61,727 bases of DNA, filler included, from Actinomycetota bacterium (GCA_025963875.1; 6 parts of 6 records of this genome joined end to end with filler, not necessarily neighbours in it); one strand, 5' to 3'; positions 9,329 through 19,182 are shown, counted from the whole stretch's first letter. The notes: a model not told the origin generated them from the sequence alone. Made by a program: numbers and translations.

Positions 9329-9932
9329 TCCTTGAGCAGGCGTTCGGTCAGCACGATCTGAACGACGGCCTCCACCGTCTCCAGGCGGGCCCAGTCGCGC
9401 TGCAGCTCGCACGCGAGAGGCACCAAGCTGACGGGCTGGCCTCTGGCCAGCGTCACGCGCTCAAGACCGGCGCGATGCGCCTCAACAGACGTCCCGCCGA
9501 TGGCGTCCACCACGGGGTACACGTCGTAGCCCTCCCTTCAGGGCGTCGAGCGCCGGGAACGCCATGCAGATCGCGGTCCAGAGCGCACACAAGATTAGCT
9601 TGCGTCGTCCGGTCGCACTCACGGCGGACAGGAAGTCGGCGTCTTCCTACGCGTTGAGGGTGGTCCGATCGATCGGCGGGTTGTCCTCGAGCACCTCGGT
9701 GACTTGGGGACGGTCGGCTTGCCGCGGCCGGATGCGACGTTGACAATGGAATGCACAATCGGCATTCCAAATGCCTTCGCCGTCTTCAACGTCGACACGA
9801 TATTCTTGAGCACCAGGTCGGCTCCATGGAGCGGACTGCGGCGATCTGCGAGGGCTGGTAGTCGATGACGATCAGCGCCGCGTTCTGCTGGGTGAGCAGA
9901 TGGTCAGCGAGAGGATCGCGGACCGCGCTCAC
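9325..9932 (-). pseudogene. Isochorismatase/YcaC-like cysteine hydrolase pseudogene
   Basis: Colinear with the intact paralog at 11936-12565, but split over about 3 frameshifts and an in-frame TAG at 9647-9649 (NA*ED versus NAWEN). Confidence 0.88.
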
Positions 9933-10903
9933 GGGTGAACCTGGGAGCCGTAGCCGAGGTCGAGACGGATCGACTCCATGACCCAGAACGCCGTGCTGGC
10001 GGTGAAGACGTCGGCCGCCGCAAGCACACCGGTGTACTTCTCGACGACGGGCGCCGCGGCGGCGTCGCTGACGGCGTCGAGATACCCCTTCACCCCGGCC
10101 CACGCGTTCTCGCCGTACTTCACGAAATAGGGCGTGGGGTCGACAGTGTCGATCGCCTGTCTGACGCTCGCCGCGATGTCGGCCATGTACTGCCGGTGCA
10201 GGGTCACGTCGTCCCGGGTGCCGAGCCGGCCGAGGTGGCCGCCGATGAAGTGCTTCCACGGGTAGACGAGGGCCTTGCTCGGCGCCTCGATGTAGCCGGG
10301 GATGTCCTCGGTGAGGTTGGAGATGTAGACGGGCGCCCACCCGGCGTTGACGATGTCGACGAGCATGAGCGTGTCGTGGTCCGGCAGGTGGATGTAGATG
10401 TTGTCGGGCGAGTGGTTCGAGCCATACCAGGCCAGGTCGATGCGCTCGCCGCCGATCTCCAGGCTGCGCCGGTCCTGGAACGTCTCTTCGGGCGCAGGCC
10501 TCGCCGGATCGTCGTCGCGCAGCAGGAGCCGGCGAGTCTCCACGTGCCCGATGCGACTGACGTCCTTGTCGAATAGGAAGGACGCGCCGCCGTGGTCGGC
10601 GTGGTGGTGCGAGTAGATGAGGTGAGTGACCTTGTTGCTCACGCCGTTGGCGGCGGCGATCTCGTCGACAGCCCGCCGGATGTTGTGGCCGATGGTGGGC
10701 GGGGCATCGAGCAGGACCACGCCGTCGGAGGTGGTCAGGAACGCCGACTGGTAGGTGCCGTCGGTCACCCAGTAGAGGTTTCGCTCCACCCGCCCGACGT
10801 AGTACCCCTGTTCGTTGAGGGCGGGGCCGAGCGCGGACTGGGGGACGGGCGCGTAGTCGGGCAGGACGGGCGCGCTGCTCGCACTCGAAGTGGTTGAGGT
10901 CAT
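9929..10903 (-). CDS. MBL-fold metallo-hydrolase
   Basis: YSHHHADH, HSPDN, GGHLG. GGGGAG RBS before ATG 10903. Confidence 0.9.
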   Translation of the reverse strand: MTSTTSSASSAPVLPDYAPVPQSALGPALNEQGYYVGRVERNLYWVTDGTYQSAFLTTSDGVVLLDAPPTIGHNIRRAVDEIAAANGVSNKVTHLIYSHHHADHGGASFLFDKDVSRIGHVETRRLLLRDDDPARPAPEETFQDRRSLEIGGERIDLAWYGSNHSPDNIYIHLPDHDTLMLVDIVNAGWAPVYISNLTEDIPGYIEAPSKALVYPWKHFIGGHLGRLGTRDDVTLHRQYMADIAASVRQAIDTVDPTPYFVKYGENAWAGVKGYLDAVSDAAAAPVVEKYTGVLAAADVFTASTAFWVMESIRLDLGYGSQVHP

Positions 10904-10991
10904 GTTGCTCCCCTGACGGCTGGCACGTCCCTTCCGGTCCGTGCGATCGGGCATCGATAGGACGAGCATGAGGCCACCCGGGCGCGCCTGG

Positions 10992-11012
10992 CCCCAGGGA
11001 AACTCCCTGGTA
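10992..11012. promoter_or_regulatory. Palindromic operator candidate, copy 1
   Basis: CCAGGGA-AAC-TCCCTGG, a perfect 7-3-7 palindrome. 20/21 identical to 12599-12619. Confidence 0.65.
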
Positions 11013-11016
11013 TTGC

Positions 11017-11901
11017 TCAGTACTCCCACATGAGCGAGAGCTGGTGGACAGCCTCGGCATCGAGGCGCACGTCGGCCGCCGAAAGGTTCTCCCGCAGGTG
11101 GGGCCGAGACGACGTGCCGGGGATGACCAGGAGGTTCGGGGACGAGTCCAGAGCCCATGCCAATGCGACCTGCGCTGGCGTGCAGCCCAGGCGGGCCGCG
11201 ACACCGCGTACCTCGGGTGCATCGAGGATGGAGTTCGGACCCACGGCGCCGAAGCCCAGTGATGCGAAGGGCACGAACGCGATCTTTCGCCGGGCACACT
11301 CGTCGAGCACGGGCCGCGCTCGTCGGTCCGCGGGATGGAACTCGTTCTGCACGCACGCTACGTCCGTGAAGCGACAGGCGTAGAGCAGGTGCTCGAGGGT
11401 GATGTTGCTCAGGCCAATCGACGCGACCAACCCGTCGTCGCGGGCCGAGGTCATCGCGGCCAACTGGTCATCGAAGAACCCGTCGGGCCCGGACGAGCGC
11501 ATCAGCCGCAGGTTGATGACTGGCAGCGTGTCGAGATCGAGAGTCCGCAGGTTGTCCTCTATGCCGCGTTGCAACTGGTCCGGGGCATCGGCGGCGAAGA
11601 TGCCGCCCTTCGCGTCGCGACTCGCGCCGACCTTGCTGACGATGACCAACTGCGGCGGGTACGGGTAAAGCGCATCGCGGATGAGCTCATTCACAACCTC
11701 GGGCCCATAGAACTGCGCGGTGTCGATGTGATCGACACCGTTGTCAACCGCCTCGCGCAAGATAGCGATCGCTTCACGACGATCATTCGGTGGCCCGAAC
11801 ACGTTGGGTCCGGCGAGCCGCATCGCGCCGTACCCGATGGGCCTCACCAAGAACGGGCCAAGCGGACGTGGTCGCCGCCGATTATCCACTGTGTCGTTCA
11901 C
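11017..11901 (-). CDS. Aldo/keto reductase
   Basis: IGYGAMRL, HIDTAQFYG, IVSKVG, IGLSN, VQN, PAQVALAW, IPGTSS...ENL. Confidence 0.92.
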   Translation of the reverse strand: MNDTVDNRRRPRPLGPFLVRPIGYGAMRLAGPNVFGPPNDRREAIAILREAVDNGVDHIDTAQFYGPEVVNELIRDALYPYPPQLVIVSKVGASRDAKGGIFAADAPDQLQRGIEDNLRTLDLDTLPVINLRLMRSSGPDGFFDDQLAAMTSARDDGLVASIGLSNITLEHLLYACRFTDVACVQNEFHPADRRARPVLDECARRKIAFVPFASLGFGAVGPNSILDAPEVRGVAARLGCTPAQVALAWALDSSPNLLVIPGTSSRPHLRENLSAADVRLDAEAVHQLSLMWEY

Positions 11902-11935
11902 TGCCGCATCGTCCCGCGCATCGTCCCCGCCTCAA

Positions 11936-12565
11936 TCAGGCCGTCGCGAGCAGCCGGGTAGTGAGCACGATATCGACGACGTCCGAAACGGTGTCGAACC
12001 GGGCCCAATCGCGCTGGAGCTCACACGCCAGCGACACCCAGCCGATGGGTTGCCCGCCCGCTCGCACGATTCGCTCCAGGCCGGCGCGGTGCGCCTCGAG
12101 CGACGTGCCTCCCACCGCGTCCACCACCGGGTAGATCTCATAGCCGTCCGGCATGGCGTCGAGCGCTGGGAACGCGAGAGACGCCTCCGTCCACAGCGCC
12201 GCCAAGACCAGTTTCTTGCGGCCCGTCCGTTCGACGGCGTGTCGGAACCCACCGTTCTCCCAGGCGTTGATCTCCGACCGGTCGATCTCAAGGCTGGTCG
12301 AGAGAACACTCTTCAGTTCTGGGAGGGTCGGCTTCATACCGCTGGCGACGTTGATGGTGGACAGTACGATCGGGAGTTCAAACGTTTTCGCCAGCCGAGC
12401 CACGGACACGATGTTGTCGACCAGCAGGTCGTGGTCGATCGAGGTGACCGGCCGGAGCTGGCTCGGCTGGAAGTCGATCAGGACAAGGGCTGCATTCTGC
12501 GGGGTGAGCAGGTGGTCCGTTACCGGGTTCCGTCGATAGGCCCGGGCTTCGAGGCCGCTGTTCAT
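11936..12565 (-). CDS. Isochorismatase/YcaC-like hydrolase (Ser at the catalytic Cys position)
   Basis: LIDFQP, INAWE, TGRKKL, LWTEAS, VVDAVGG, ELQRDWAR. GGAGG RBS. Confidence 0.9.
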   Translation of the reverse strand: MNSGLEARAYRRNPVTDHLLTPQNAALVLIDFQPSQLRPVTSIDHDLLVDNIVSVARLAKTFELPIVLSTINVASGMKPTLPELKSVLSTSLEIDRSEINAWENGGFRHAVERTGRKKLVLAALWTEASLAFPALDAMPDGYEIYPVVDAVGGTSLEAHRAGLERIVRAGGQPIGWVSLACELQRDWARFDTVSDVVDIVLTTRLLATA

Positions 12566-12598
12566 CCTCCCAGCATGAACGTCCGAGCCTGCCGGTAA

Positions 12599-12619
12599 CC
12601 CCAGGGAAACTCACTGGTA
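12599..12619. promoter_or_regulatory. Palindromic operator candidate, copy 2
   Basis: CCCCAGGGAAACTCACTGGTA, about 35 bp upstream of the hydrolase start. Confidence 0.65.
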
Positions 12620-12959
12620 GATGGGCGTTTGTCGCGACGTGGCAGGTGCGGCCCTCTCGAGCTTGCGGTGTCGCGGTCGGTCCGAAGGACGCAGCGAAAG
12701 AGTGCTAACTCGCGGGACGGCGGGGTGGCCGCGACCCTTCCGCGATGGCGAGAACCTCCTGCTCACTGGGATCGTGATCGACTCCGTAGGCCGTCGACGG
12801 CTTTGCGAGCGCATGGTCGCGAGGGGAGCAGGACGTCTGCCGTTCGAGGCGACGAGCCGAACACCTTGATTGGTCCACCGGCCCTTACTACCGGTCGCCC
12901 AGCGATCCTCCCTGGCAACCGCGAATGCGGCAGCTAGGCGCCCGTGCGCTCTCGGAGGG

Positions 12960-14384
12960 CTATTCGATGATGTGGGCGCCCAGGTCGGCATCGCGAAGCT
13001 GCCGGCGTGACGAGACGCCGACCTTGCCGAAGACGTTGCGGAGGTGCCACTCGACGGTGCGCGCACTGAGAAACAGGCGGGTGCCGATTTCGGGGTTCGT
13101 CAGGCCCTTTTTCACCAGCCGGGCGATCTGAGCCTCCTGAGCGGTCAGCGATCCGGCGTCTGGTGCCGTCCGTCTGCGGATCTTTTCGCCGGTCGCAAGC
13201 AGCTCTCGACGAGCTCGTTCGGCGAACGCGGATGCCTCCATTTGCACAAACATGGACCGCGCCCGGCGAAGCGCGTCACGGGCGTCGCCCCGGCGTCCCG
13301 CGCGACGCAGCCACTCGCCGTAAAGCAGGTGTCCGCGCGCTAGCTCGACCCGTAAACGTGTTGTGCTCAGCAGCGCAATCGACTCGCGGTAAAGCTCCTC
13401 AGCGATCGGTCCGTCACTGGCTAGGGCCTCGACGCGGGCCTCGATGCCGCGCGCCCACGCCGTTGGGGTGGTGCTGGCCCGTGCTGAAATCCATGCGCGG
13501 GCTTCCTCGAGGGCCGCGCGGCTACCTGTTCTCGATGCCGCCTCGGCCAGCTCCGGCAACGCGAGTGTCTGATAGCCGAGCACGTCCCCCTCGAAGACGC
13601 GGCGCGCGCAATCGAAGGCGCGCTCGTGGCGACCAAGGCCGTTGTGCAAGACGGCGGCGGCGTGATTTGCGAAGACGACGATCCTTCCGCCGCCCGCCGC
13701 GGCCACGTCAGCGGCTGTCGCGATGAGGGTTGACGTTCGTTCCTCGTTGCCCCGGAGCGCCTCGAGCAGCATGCTGGCACAGGGGATCGGTGGGACGCCG
13801 GTCATGTTGGAGACCAGCCGATCCTCTTCCAGCAGGGCAGCGGCCTCGGGGAGGTCGCCGGCCAGCACCAAGTTGTTGGCCAAGAAGTTCAGCGCGACCT
13901 GAAGTTGGACAAGCGCCCCTGCGTCTCGCGCAACTCGCACCTGTCGCTCGGCCAACGCTCGGCCCGCCTCGTAGTCCCACAGCTCACTAGCAATGATCCC
14001 GGCGGCCCGGCTGCCGGCGAGCCAGAGAACGCGATCGACGTCCGTTGGCCCAACCTCGAGCGTCGCGACGGCCGCCAGCCCCCTGGTGAGGATCGGGGCG
14101 GCCGCTAAGTATCCCTCGGTGAGGCGCGCTGCCAGCGCATCGAGGAGGAGGTCGATGGCCCGGGGGACATCCCCCGCTGGCGGCGCGGCGCTGGCCGCCT
14201 TCGCCGCCGCCGCCACGCTGGCGTGGGCGTCGGGGCCGCTCTCCCAGATCGCGGCGGCCAACGCCTCGAGATACGTCTCGCGGGAAAGGCTGGGGTTCAG
14301 CGACTCGAGTTGGGTGGCGGCGCTGAGCAGCAAGCGTGCAGCCTCCGCCCCGCGCCGTTGGTCGAATGCGATCTGCCCCCGGAG
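12960..14384 (-). CDS. LAL-type LuxR-family transcriptional regulator (5'-partial)
   Basis: TPR-like region (HLLYGEWLRR, AERARRELLATGE) and LuxR HTH LTAQEAQIARL..GLTNPEIGTRLFLSARTVEWHLRNVFGK. Frame is open to the contig end. Confidence 0.92.
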   Translation of the reverse strand, partial: LRGQIAFDQRRGAEAARLLLSAATQLESLNPSLSRETYLEALAAAIWESGPDAHASVAAAAKAASAAPPAGDVPRAIDLLLDALAARLTEGYLAAAPILTRGLAAVATLEVGPTDVDRVLWLAGSRAAGIIASELWDYEAGRALAERQVRVARDAGALVQLQVALNFLANNLVLAGDLPEAAALLEEDRLVSNMTGVPPIPCASMLLEALRGNEERTSTLIATAADVAAAGGGRIVVFANHAAAVLHNGLGRHERAFDCARRVFEGDVLGYQTLALPELAEAASRTGSRAALEEARAWISARASTTPTAWARGIEARVEALASDGPIAEELYRESIALLSTTRLRVELARGHLLYGEWLRRAGRRGDARDALRRARSMFVQMEASAFAERARRELLATGEKIRRRTAPDAGSLTAQEAQIARLVKKGLTNPEIGTRLFLSARTVEWHLRNVFGKVGVSSRRQLRDADLGAHIIE

Positions 14385-14484
14385 NNNNNNNNNNNNNNNN
14401 NNNNNNNNNNNNNNNNNNNNNNNNNNNNTTAATTAATTAANNNNNNNNNNNNNNNNNNNNNNNNNNNNNNNNNNNNNNNNNNNN
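14385..14484. other. Artificial contig linker
   Basis: N-TTAATTAATTAA-N. Confidence 0.99.
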
Positions 14485-14943
14485 ATCCCCACGGGAAAGT
14501 TCCGCCAACGCCTCTCGCAGATGGCCGCCAACCAGGGCCTGTCCGTCATCGCCGTCGATGCGGCCTACACCTCCCGGTGGGGTCTGCGGCACTGGTTTGC
14601 AGCACTGAAACAAGCTTCCTCCGAGGCCAGCACCCACCATGCGGCGGCGCTGGTCATCGCCAGACGTGGACTCGCTCAGCGAGCACGGCGACGGGCTAGG
14701 TGTGACTCGACCCCACCAGAGGATGGGCGCGAGAGAGCTGCCAGCTCCACCGTGTGGCTCCAGCCGGACCTTGCAGCCGGCCTGACCGGTCCATCACAGG
14801 AACCCCGGAACGCCGGAGGCCTGAGGGCAGTCCCGCCAGGGACGCAAGACCTGAAGGGGCGAAGGTATAGACCGGGCAACCAGGGGGCCGAAGACCGTTC
14901 GCGGCTCCCCGAGGAAAGCGCGGTCCCAAGCGCTACCTCGTGA
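14485..14943 (+). CDS. C-terminal part of a TnpB-related (IS607/IS605-associated) protein (5'-partial)
   Basis: IPTGKFRQRLSQMAANQGLSVIAVDAAYTSRWG...HHAAALVIARRGL matches the V-D/N-P-A-Y-T-S ... H-x-AAA-x-x-I-A-R-R-G TnpB subclade. Confidence 0.75.
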   Translation: MPTGKFRQRLSQMAANQGLSVIAVDAAYTSRWGLRHWFAALKQASSEASTHHAAALVIARRGLAQRARRRARCDSTPPEDGRERAASSTVWLQPDLAAGLTGPSQEPRNAGGLRAVPPGTQDLKGRRYRPGNQGAEDRSRLPEESAVPSATS

Positions 14944-14951
14944 AGGAACGG
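14485..14951 (+). mobile_element. Right part of an IS607-like element (putative right end ...AGGAACGG at 14951)
   Basis: TnpB-like tail followed by a low-complexity extension ending in GAAGGAACGG. The contig breaks inside the element. The end position is inferred. Confidence 0.45.
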
Positions 14952-14974
14952 TCGGTTCCCGGCCGTCGCAGGAC

Positions 14975-15181
14975 TCACCGAACTGCCGGCGGACACCCCG
15001 GGCGCTGGAGGACTTGAGGGCGATCACCTGGCGATGCGCCTTGCAGAGCATGGCTTGCAATGTGACCGGTTGTCCCGTCCTCCGCCGTGGCGTCCCAGCA
15101 GATCGCGAGAAAATGCGGCTGCGCCTTCATCGAGTTCGACCCGGCGGGCCATCGCGCCAGCCGGCCTCGGCTTGCTTTCAA
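14975..15181 (-). CDS. Small hypothetical protein divergent from GntR
   Basis: GGGAGG RBS before a TTG start. No recognisable motif. Confidence 0.3.
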   Translation of the reverse strand: MKASRGRLARWPAGSNSMKAQPHFLAICWDATAEDGTTGHIASHALQGASPGDRPQVLQRPGCPPAVR

Positions 15182-15314
15182 CAGAATTCCTCCCTCTGCT
15201 GTTGGGGGAGCCCGCTTTTGAGTATACGCAGAGTCTCGTCTGCGGACCGTGGGGATGTCAAGGGGGTGGACAAATGAGTCGGATCACTCGGTGGCCGGCG
15301 AGGGGGGGCATCCA

Positions 15315-16103
15315 ATGACCGAGCGCCCCGCCTATTTGAGGGTGGCCGACGAGCTGCGGGCCGGCATCCGTGACGGCACGTACCCACCGGGGTCCCGCCT
15401 TCCCTCCCTTCGGGCTCTTGCCGCCCAGCACGGCTTGTCCGATATCGTCATCCGGGCCGCCTTCACCGTCCTCCGCAACGAAGGCCTCGTGACCACCCAC
15501 GCCCGCTCCCGCACCGTTGTCCGGGACCACCCGCCGGTGCGACGCATTGCATCCGAGCGCTACCAACGGGAGTTCCGCCACGACCCCGCCGGCCAGCCGG
15601 AGACGAGCTTCACGGCCGACCAGGGAATCCCCTGGGGGCAGTACCGCCTCGACCGGACCTTTCGAGAGGTCGGGGCCACGCCCGAGCTGGCCGCGCTCTT
15701 CGAGATCGAACCGGCCACCATGCTCCTGGAGCGCCGCTTCGTCTTCTATGCGGGAGACGAGCCCCAGCAGATGAGCCGTACCTACCTCCCGCTTGAGCTT
15801 GTCTCAGGCACGCCGGTGGCCGACCCGCAGAACGAGCCCTGGCCGGGCGGCACACCCGCCCAGCTCGCAAGCCTCGGGCATCCCCTCAGCCGCGTCGAGG
15901 AATCGATCAAGGCCCGGATGCCGACGCCGGAGGAGATGGAGACGCTGCACATTGCTCCCGGCGTTCCGGTCTTCTCGATCACCCGCCGGATGATCTCCGA
16001 GGGGCGCGTCCTCGAGGTTGCGGCGGACATCGTTATTCCAGCGGACCAGGCCATCCTCGACTACGCGATCGACCTGCAGGCCCCGCCTGCCCCTCCCGGG
16101 TGA
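15315..16103 (+). CDS. GntR/HutC-family regulator with UTRA domain (KorSA-like)
   Basis: PAYLRVADELRAGI..G.YPPGSRLPS wHTH followed by UTRA (VEESIKARMPTPEE..L...PGVPV). Confidence 0.9.
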   Translation: MTERPAYLRVADELRAGIRDGTYPPGSRLPSLRALAAQHGLSDIVIRAAFTVLRNEGLVTTHARSRTVVRDHPPVRRIASERYQREFRHDPAGQPETSFTADQGIPWGQYRLDRTFREVGATPELAALFEIEPATMLLERRFVFYAGDEPQQMSRTYLPLELVSGTPVADPQNEPWPGGTPAQLASLGHPLSRVEESIKARMPTPEEMETLHIAPGVPVFSITRRMISEGRVLEVAADIVIPADQAILDYAIDLQAPPAPPG

Positions 16104-16157
16104 AGAACTCGTCGGTATGCGGGGACAAGTTCACCCAACCCACCCGAAGGCAGCGCC

Positions 16158-16787
16158 TCAGTTCAGCGTGGCTCCCGGGGCGGGGTCGTGCACCAGTTTC
16201 GAGCCGTCCCAGCGGAAGGTGACCGTGGCGTTGCCGCCGCTTGGGCAGCAGTGTGCATCTCCGGGCTTGTAGACGCCGTAGGTGACGGCGAACGAGGTGG
16301 CGTCGGGGGCCCGCTCGCCCACGGCGCCGGTGAAGTGGAAATCACCCACCGGGTTGCCGTTGACGAAGAAGAAGAAGTAGTCCCCGCCGTTGCCGGCGGC
16401 GGCTGCGGGCATGGCATGGAGGACGTGGAGGGTCGCCGAACTCCGCCAGGTCGAGTCGGCGCCGATGAAATCGAAGGTTCCCCCCGCCTGATCGGACTTG
16501 CTCTGCGCGTAGGTCTCCGCCGACTGGATGGTCGCGTAGGCGCCCACCGTTGCCTTGGTGGGGATCGCTGAGGGGGACCGGGAAACCGTGGGGGACGGCG
16601 TTGCCGGGGGCGGCGTGGTCACGGCCGGGGCCGGCGTCGCGGTGACGGTCGCTGCACCCGATGCCGAGGCGGTCGGCGTCGGGGAGCCCTGGATCGTGGG
16701 ATTGTCGCTGCCGGAGCTGCACCCGGCCAGCACGCCGGCACCAAGGGCTGCCGCCAGCAGCAGGACCGCGGGCCTCAGCGTCCGCAT
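16158..16787 (-). CDS. LppP/LprE-like lipoprotein
   Basis: Lipobox LAGC, Thr/Pro linker, YFFFFVNG, DAHCCPSGG, FRWDG. Confidence 0.8.
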   Translation of the reverse strand: MRTLRPAVLLLAAALGAGVLAGCSSGSDNPTIQGSPTPTASASGAATVTATPAPAVTTPPPATPSPTVSRSPSAIPTKATVGAYATIQSAETYAQSKSDQAGGTFDFIGADSTWRSSATLHVLHAMPAAAAGNGGDYFFFFVNGNPVGDFHFTGAVGERAPDATSFAVTYGVYKPGDAHCCPSGGNATVTFRWDGSKLVHDPAPGATLN

Positions 16788-17227
16788 TCCTCCTGCTCGA
16801 TGTCGGAGATCTGGTGGAGGCGCCGGACATGGCGTCCACCTTCGAACGGGGTGTCGAGGAAGACCGCCAGGATCTCGTAGGCGAGCTCGGGGGCGACGAT
16901 CCGGCCCCCCATCGCCAGCACGTTGGCGTCGTTGTGCAGGCGCCCCAGGCGAGCGGTGTACAGGTCGTTGCAGAGCGCGGCGCGGGCCCCGTGCACCTTG
17001 TTGGCGGCGATCTGCTCGCCCTGGCCGCTGCCGCCGAGGACGATCCCGCGGTCGACCTCCCCCCGCACAACCGCCCGGGCGGCTGCGGCACAGAACGGCG
17101 GGTAGTCGACCGACTCCATGGAGTGGGTACCCAGGTCAAGGACCTCGTGGCCGTCTTCCTTCAGGTGCTGGATCAGCAGGGACTTGAGGGCGAAGCCCGC
17201 GTGGTCCGAGGCGATAGCGATTTTCAC
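16775..17227 (-). CDS. rpiB: Ribose-5-phosphate isomerase B
   Basis: IASDHAG, VDYP, GGSGQGEQIAANKV, HNDANVL, FEGGRH. Confidence 0.96.
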   Translation of the reverse strand: MKIAIASDHAGFALKSLLIQHLKEDGHEVLDLGTHSMESVDYPPFCAAAARAVVRGEVDRGIVLGGSGQGEQIAANKVHGARAALCNDLYTARLGRLHNDANVLAMGGRIVAPELAYEILAVFLDTPFEGGRHVRRLHQISDIEQEECGR

Positions 17228-17239
17228 TGAGTGGGGAGT

Positions 17240-18097
17240 CTACCGAACCGGGTCACTCGGCCGCTTTTGGCCCTCGGCAATCCGCAGCGAGCCGGTCAGA
17301 TCCGGGTGGACGGCCGCCTCGGCATAGCGGGCCGAGAGCAGGGCCAGCAGGTCGTCCGCCTGGCCCGGCCACGTCTCCATGACGAGCCAGCCGCCAGGGC
17401 GGATCCAGGCCAGCGCCTCCTCGACGACGCGGGCCGGCACCTCCAGGCCGCTCGGCCCCGAGACCGTGGCCACCAGGGGTTCATGGTCCCGGACGTCTGC
17501 CGCCATGCCGGCGAGCTGTGCCGCTGCGAGGTACGGCGGGTTCGCCACCACGAGGTCCACGGCCCCCCGGAGGTTCGCCGGCAGAGGCGAGAACAGGTCG
17601 CCTTCGGCGATTGTCACGTTGCCCGCTCCCAACCGGTCCAGGTTGCGCCGGGCCCACGCCGCAGCCTCGGGGCTCACCTCCGTTGCCCACACGGTCGCGT
17701 CGGGGCGCTCGACGCCGACGGACAGGGCTATGGCCCCCGAGCCCGTCCCGACGTCGACCACCACCGGCGACGCCACCCCGGCGATCCGCCCCAGGGCGTG
17801 CTCCACCACCATCTCGGTCTCGGGACGGGGCACGAGGACGCCCGGGCCGACGGCCAGGTCCAGCCGGCGGAACACCTGATGGCCGGTCAGGTACTGGAGC
17901 GGCTCGCCGCCGGCACGCCGTGCCACCAGTTCGCCGAGCCGTTCCGCGGCCTCCGCAGACAGCCGGTCGTCAGCCCCGGCGTAGAGCTGCGCCCGGGAAC
18001 GGCCCAGCACGTGGGTGAGGAGGATCTCGGCCTCGACCTCCGGGCTCTCGACGGCGCCAACGAGGCAACGGCGCGCCCACCGCAGGGCCTCACGCAC
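17240..18097 (-). CDS. prmC: Release factor glutamine methyltransferase
   Basis: GEPLQY, VPRPETE, DVGTGSG, ANPPY. Lies downstream of prfA. Start approximate. Confidence 0.95.
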   Translation of the reverse strand: MREALRWARRCLVGAVESPEVEAEILLTHVLGRSRAQLYAGADDRLSAEAAERLGELVARRAGGEPLQYLTGHQVFRRLDLAVGPGVLVPRPETEMVVEHALGRIAGVASPVVVDVGTGSGAIALSVGVERPDATVWATEVSPEAAAWARRNLDRLGAGNVTIAEGDLFSPLPANLRGAVDLVVANPPYLAAAQLAGMAADVRDHEPLVATVSGPSGLEVPARVVEEALAWIRPGGWLVMETWPGQADDLLALLSARYAEAAVHPDLTGSLRIAEGQKRPSDPVR

Positions 18098-18098
18098 G

Positions 18099-19163
18099 TC
18101 ACTCGGCGGCGAGTTGCTCCGCACGCTCCTTCTCGATCAGGGCGTCGATGAAGCGGTCGAGGTCGCCGGCCAGGATGGTCGGGAGCTGGTTGAGCGACAT
18201 CTGGATCCGGTGGTCGGTGACGCGGTCCTGCTGGAAGTTGTAGGTGCGGATCTTCTGGGAGCGGTCCACGTCCGCAACCTGGCTGCGCCGGGTGGCGAGG
18301 AGATCGGCCTGGCGGCGCTCCTGCTCCTGCTGGAACAGCCGGGACCGGAGCAGCCGCATGGCCTTCTCCCGGTTCTGGAGCTGCGAGCGCTCCTCCTGGC
18401 AGGCGACGACGAGGCCGGAGGGCTTGTGGGTGATCCGAACGGCGGAGTCGGTGGTGTTCACCGACTGGCCGCCCGGCCCGCTCGAGTGGTACACGTCGAT
18501 CTTCAGGTCCCGGGGGTCGATCTGGACGTCGAACTCCTCGGCCTCGGGCAGGACCAGGACGCCGGCGGCGGAGGTGTGGACGCGGCCCTGCGACTCGGTG
18601 TCGGGGACCCGCTGCACCCGGTGGACCCCCGCCTCGTGCTTGAGGCGGGAATAGGCCCCCTTGCCTTTGATCTCGAAGGTGATGTCCTTGAATCCCCCCA
18701 TGTCCGAGGGCTCCGACGAGAGGATCTCGCTCTTCCAGCCACGGCGCTCGGCGTAGCGCTGGTACATCCGGAAGAGGTCGCCGGCGAAGAGCGCCGATTC
18801 CTCGCCGCCCTCCCCCGCCTTGACCTCGACGACCACGCTCTTGTCGTCGTTGGGATCCTTCGGCAGCAGCAGCACCCGGAGCTCGGCCTCGAGCCGCGCG
18901 GCGGTGGCGAGCTGGAGGTCGTGCTCCGACTCCGCCATGGCCTTCATTTCCTTGTCCGACTCCTCCTGGGCCATCTGGCGGGCCGACGCCGCCTCGGCAA
19001 GAGCCTGCTTGTAGCGGCGGTAGGTGAGGACGATGTTCTCGATCTCGGCGTTGGCCTTCCCGAGCTCGCGGAGCGCGTCGGGGCTGGACGTCACCTCGGG
19101 ATCGCTGAGGCGCGCCTGCAACTCCTCGTACTTGGCTTCGATCTGATCCAGTCGTTCCAGCAT
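18099..19163 (-). CDS. prfA: Peptide chain release factor 1
   Basis: [12 protein letters not shown] (PxT), [14 protein letters not shown]. Confidence 0.97.
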   Translation of the reverse strand: MLERLDQIEAKYEELQARLSDPEVTSSPDALRELGKANAEIENIVLTYRRYKQALAEAASARQMAQEESDKEMKAMAESEHDLQLATAARLEAELRVLLLPKDPNDDKSVVVEVKAGEGGEESALFAGDLFRMYQRYAERRGWKSEILSSEPSDMGGFKDITFEIKGKGAYSRLKHEAGVHRVQRVPDTESQGRVHTSAAGVLVLPEAEEFDVQIDPRDLKIDVYHSSGPGGQSVNTTDSAVRITHKPSGLVVACQEERSQLQNREKAMRLLRSRLFQQEQERRQADLLATRRSQVADVDRSQKIRTYNFQQDRVTDHRIQMSLNQLPTILAGDLDRFIDALIEKERAEQLAAE

Positions 19164-19182
19164 TGATGCTCCGTATTCCCTT

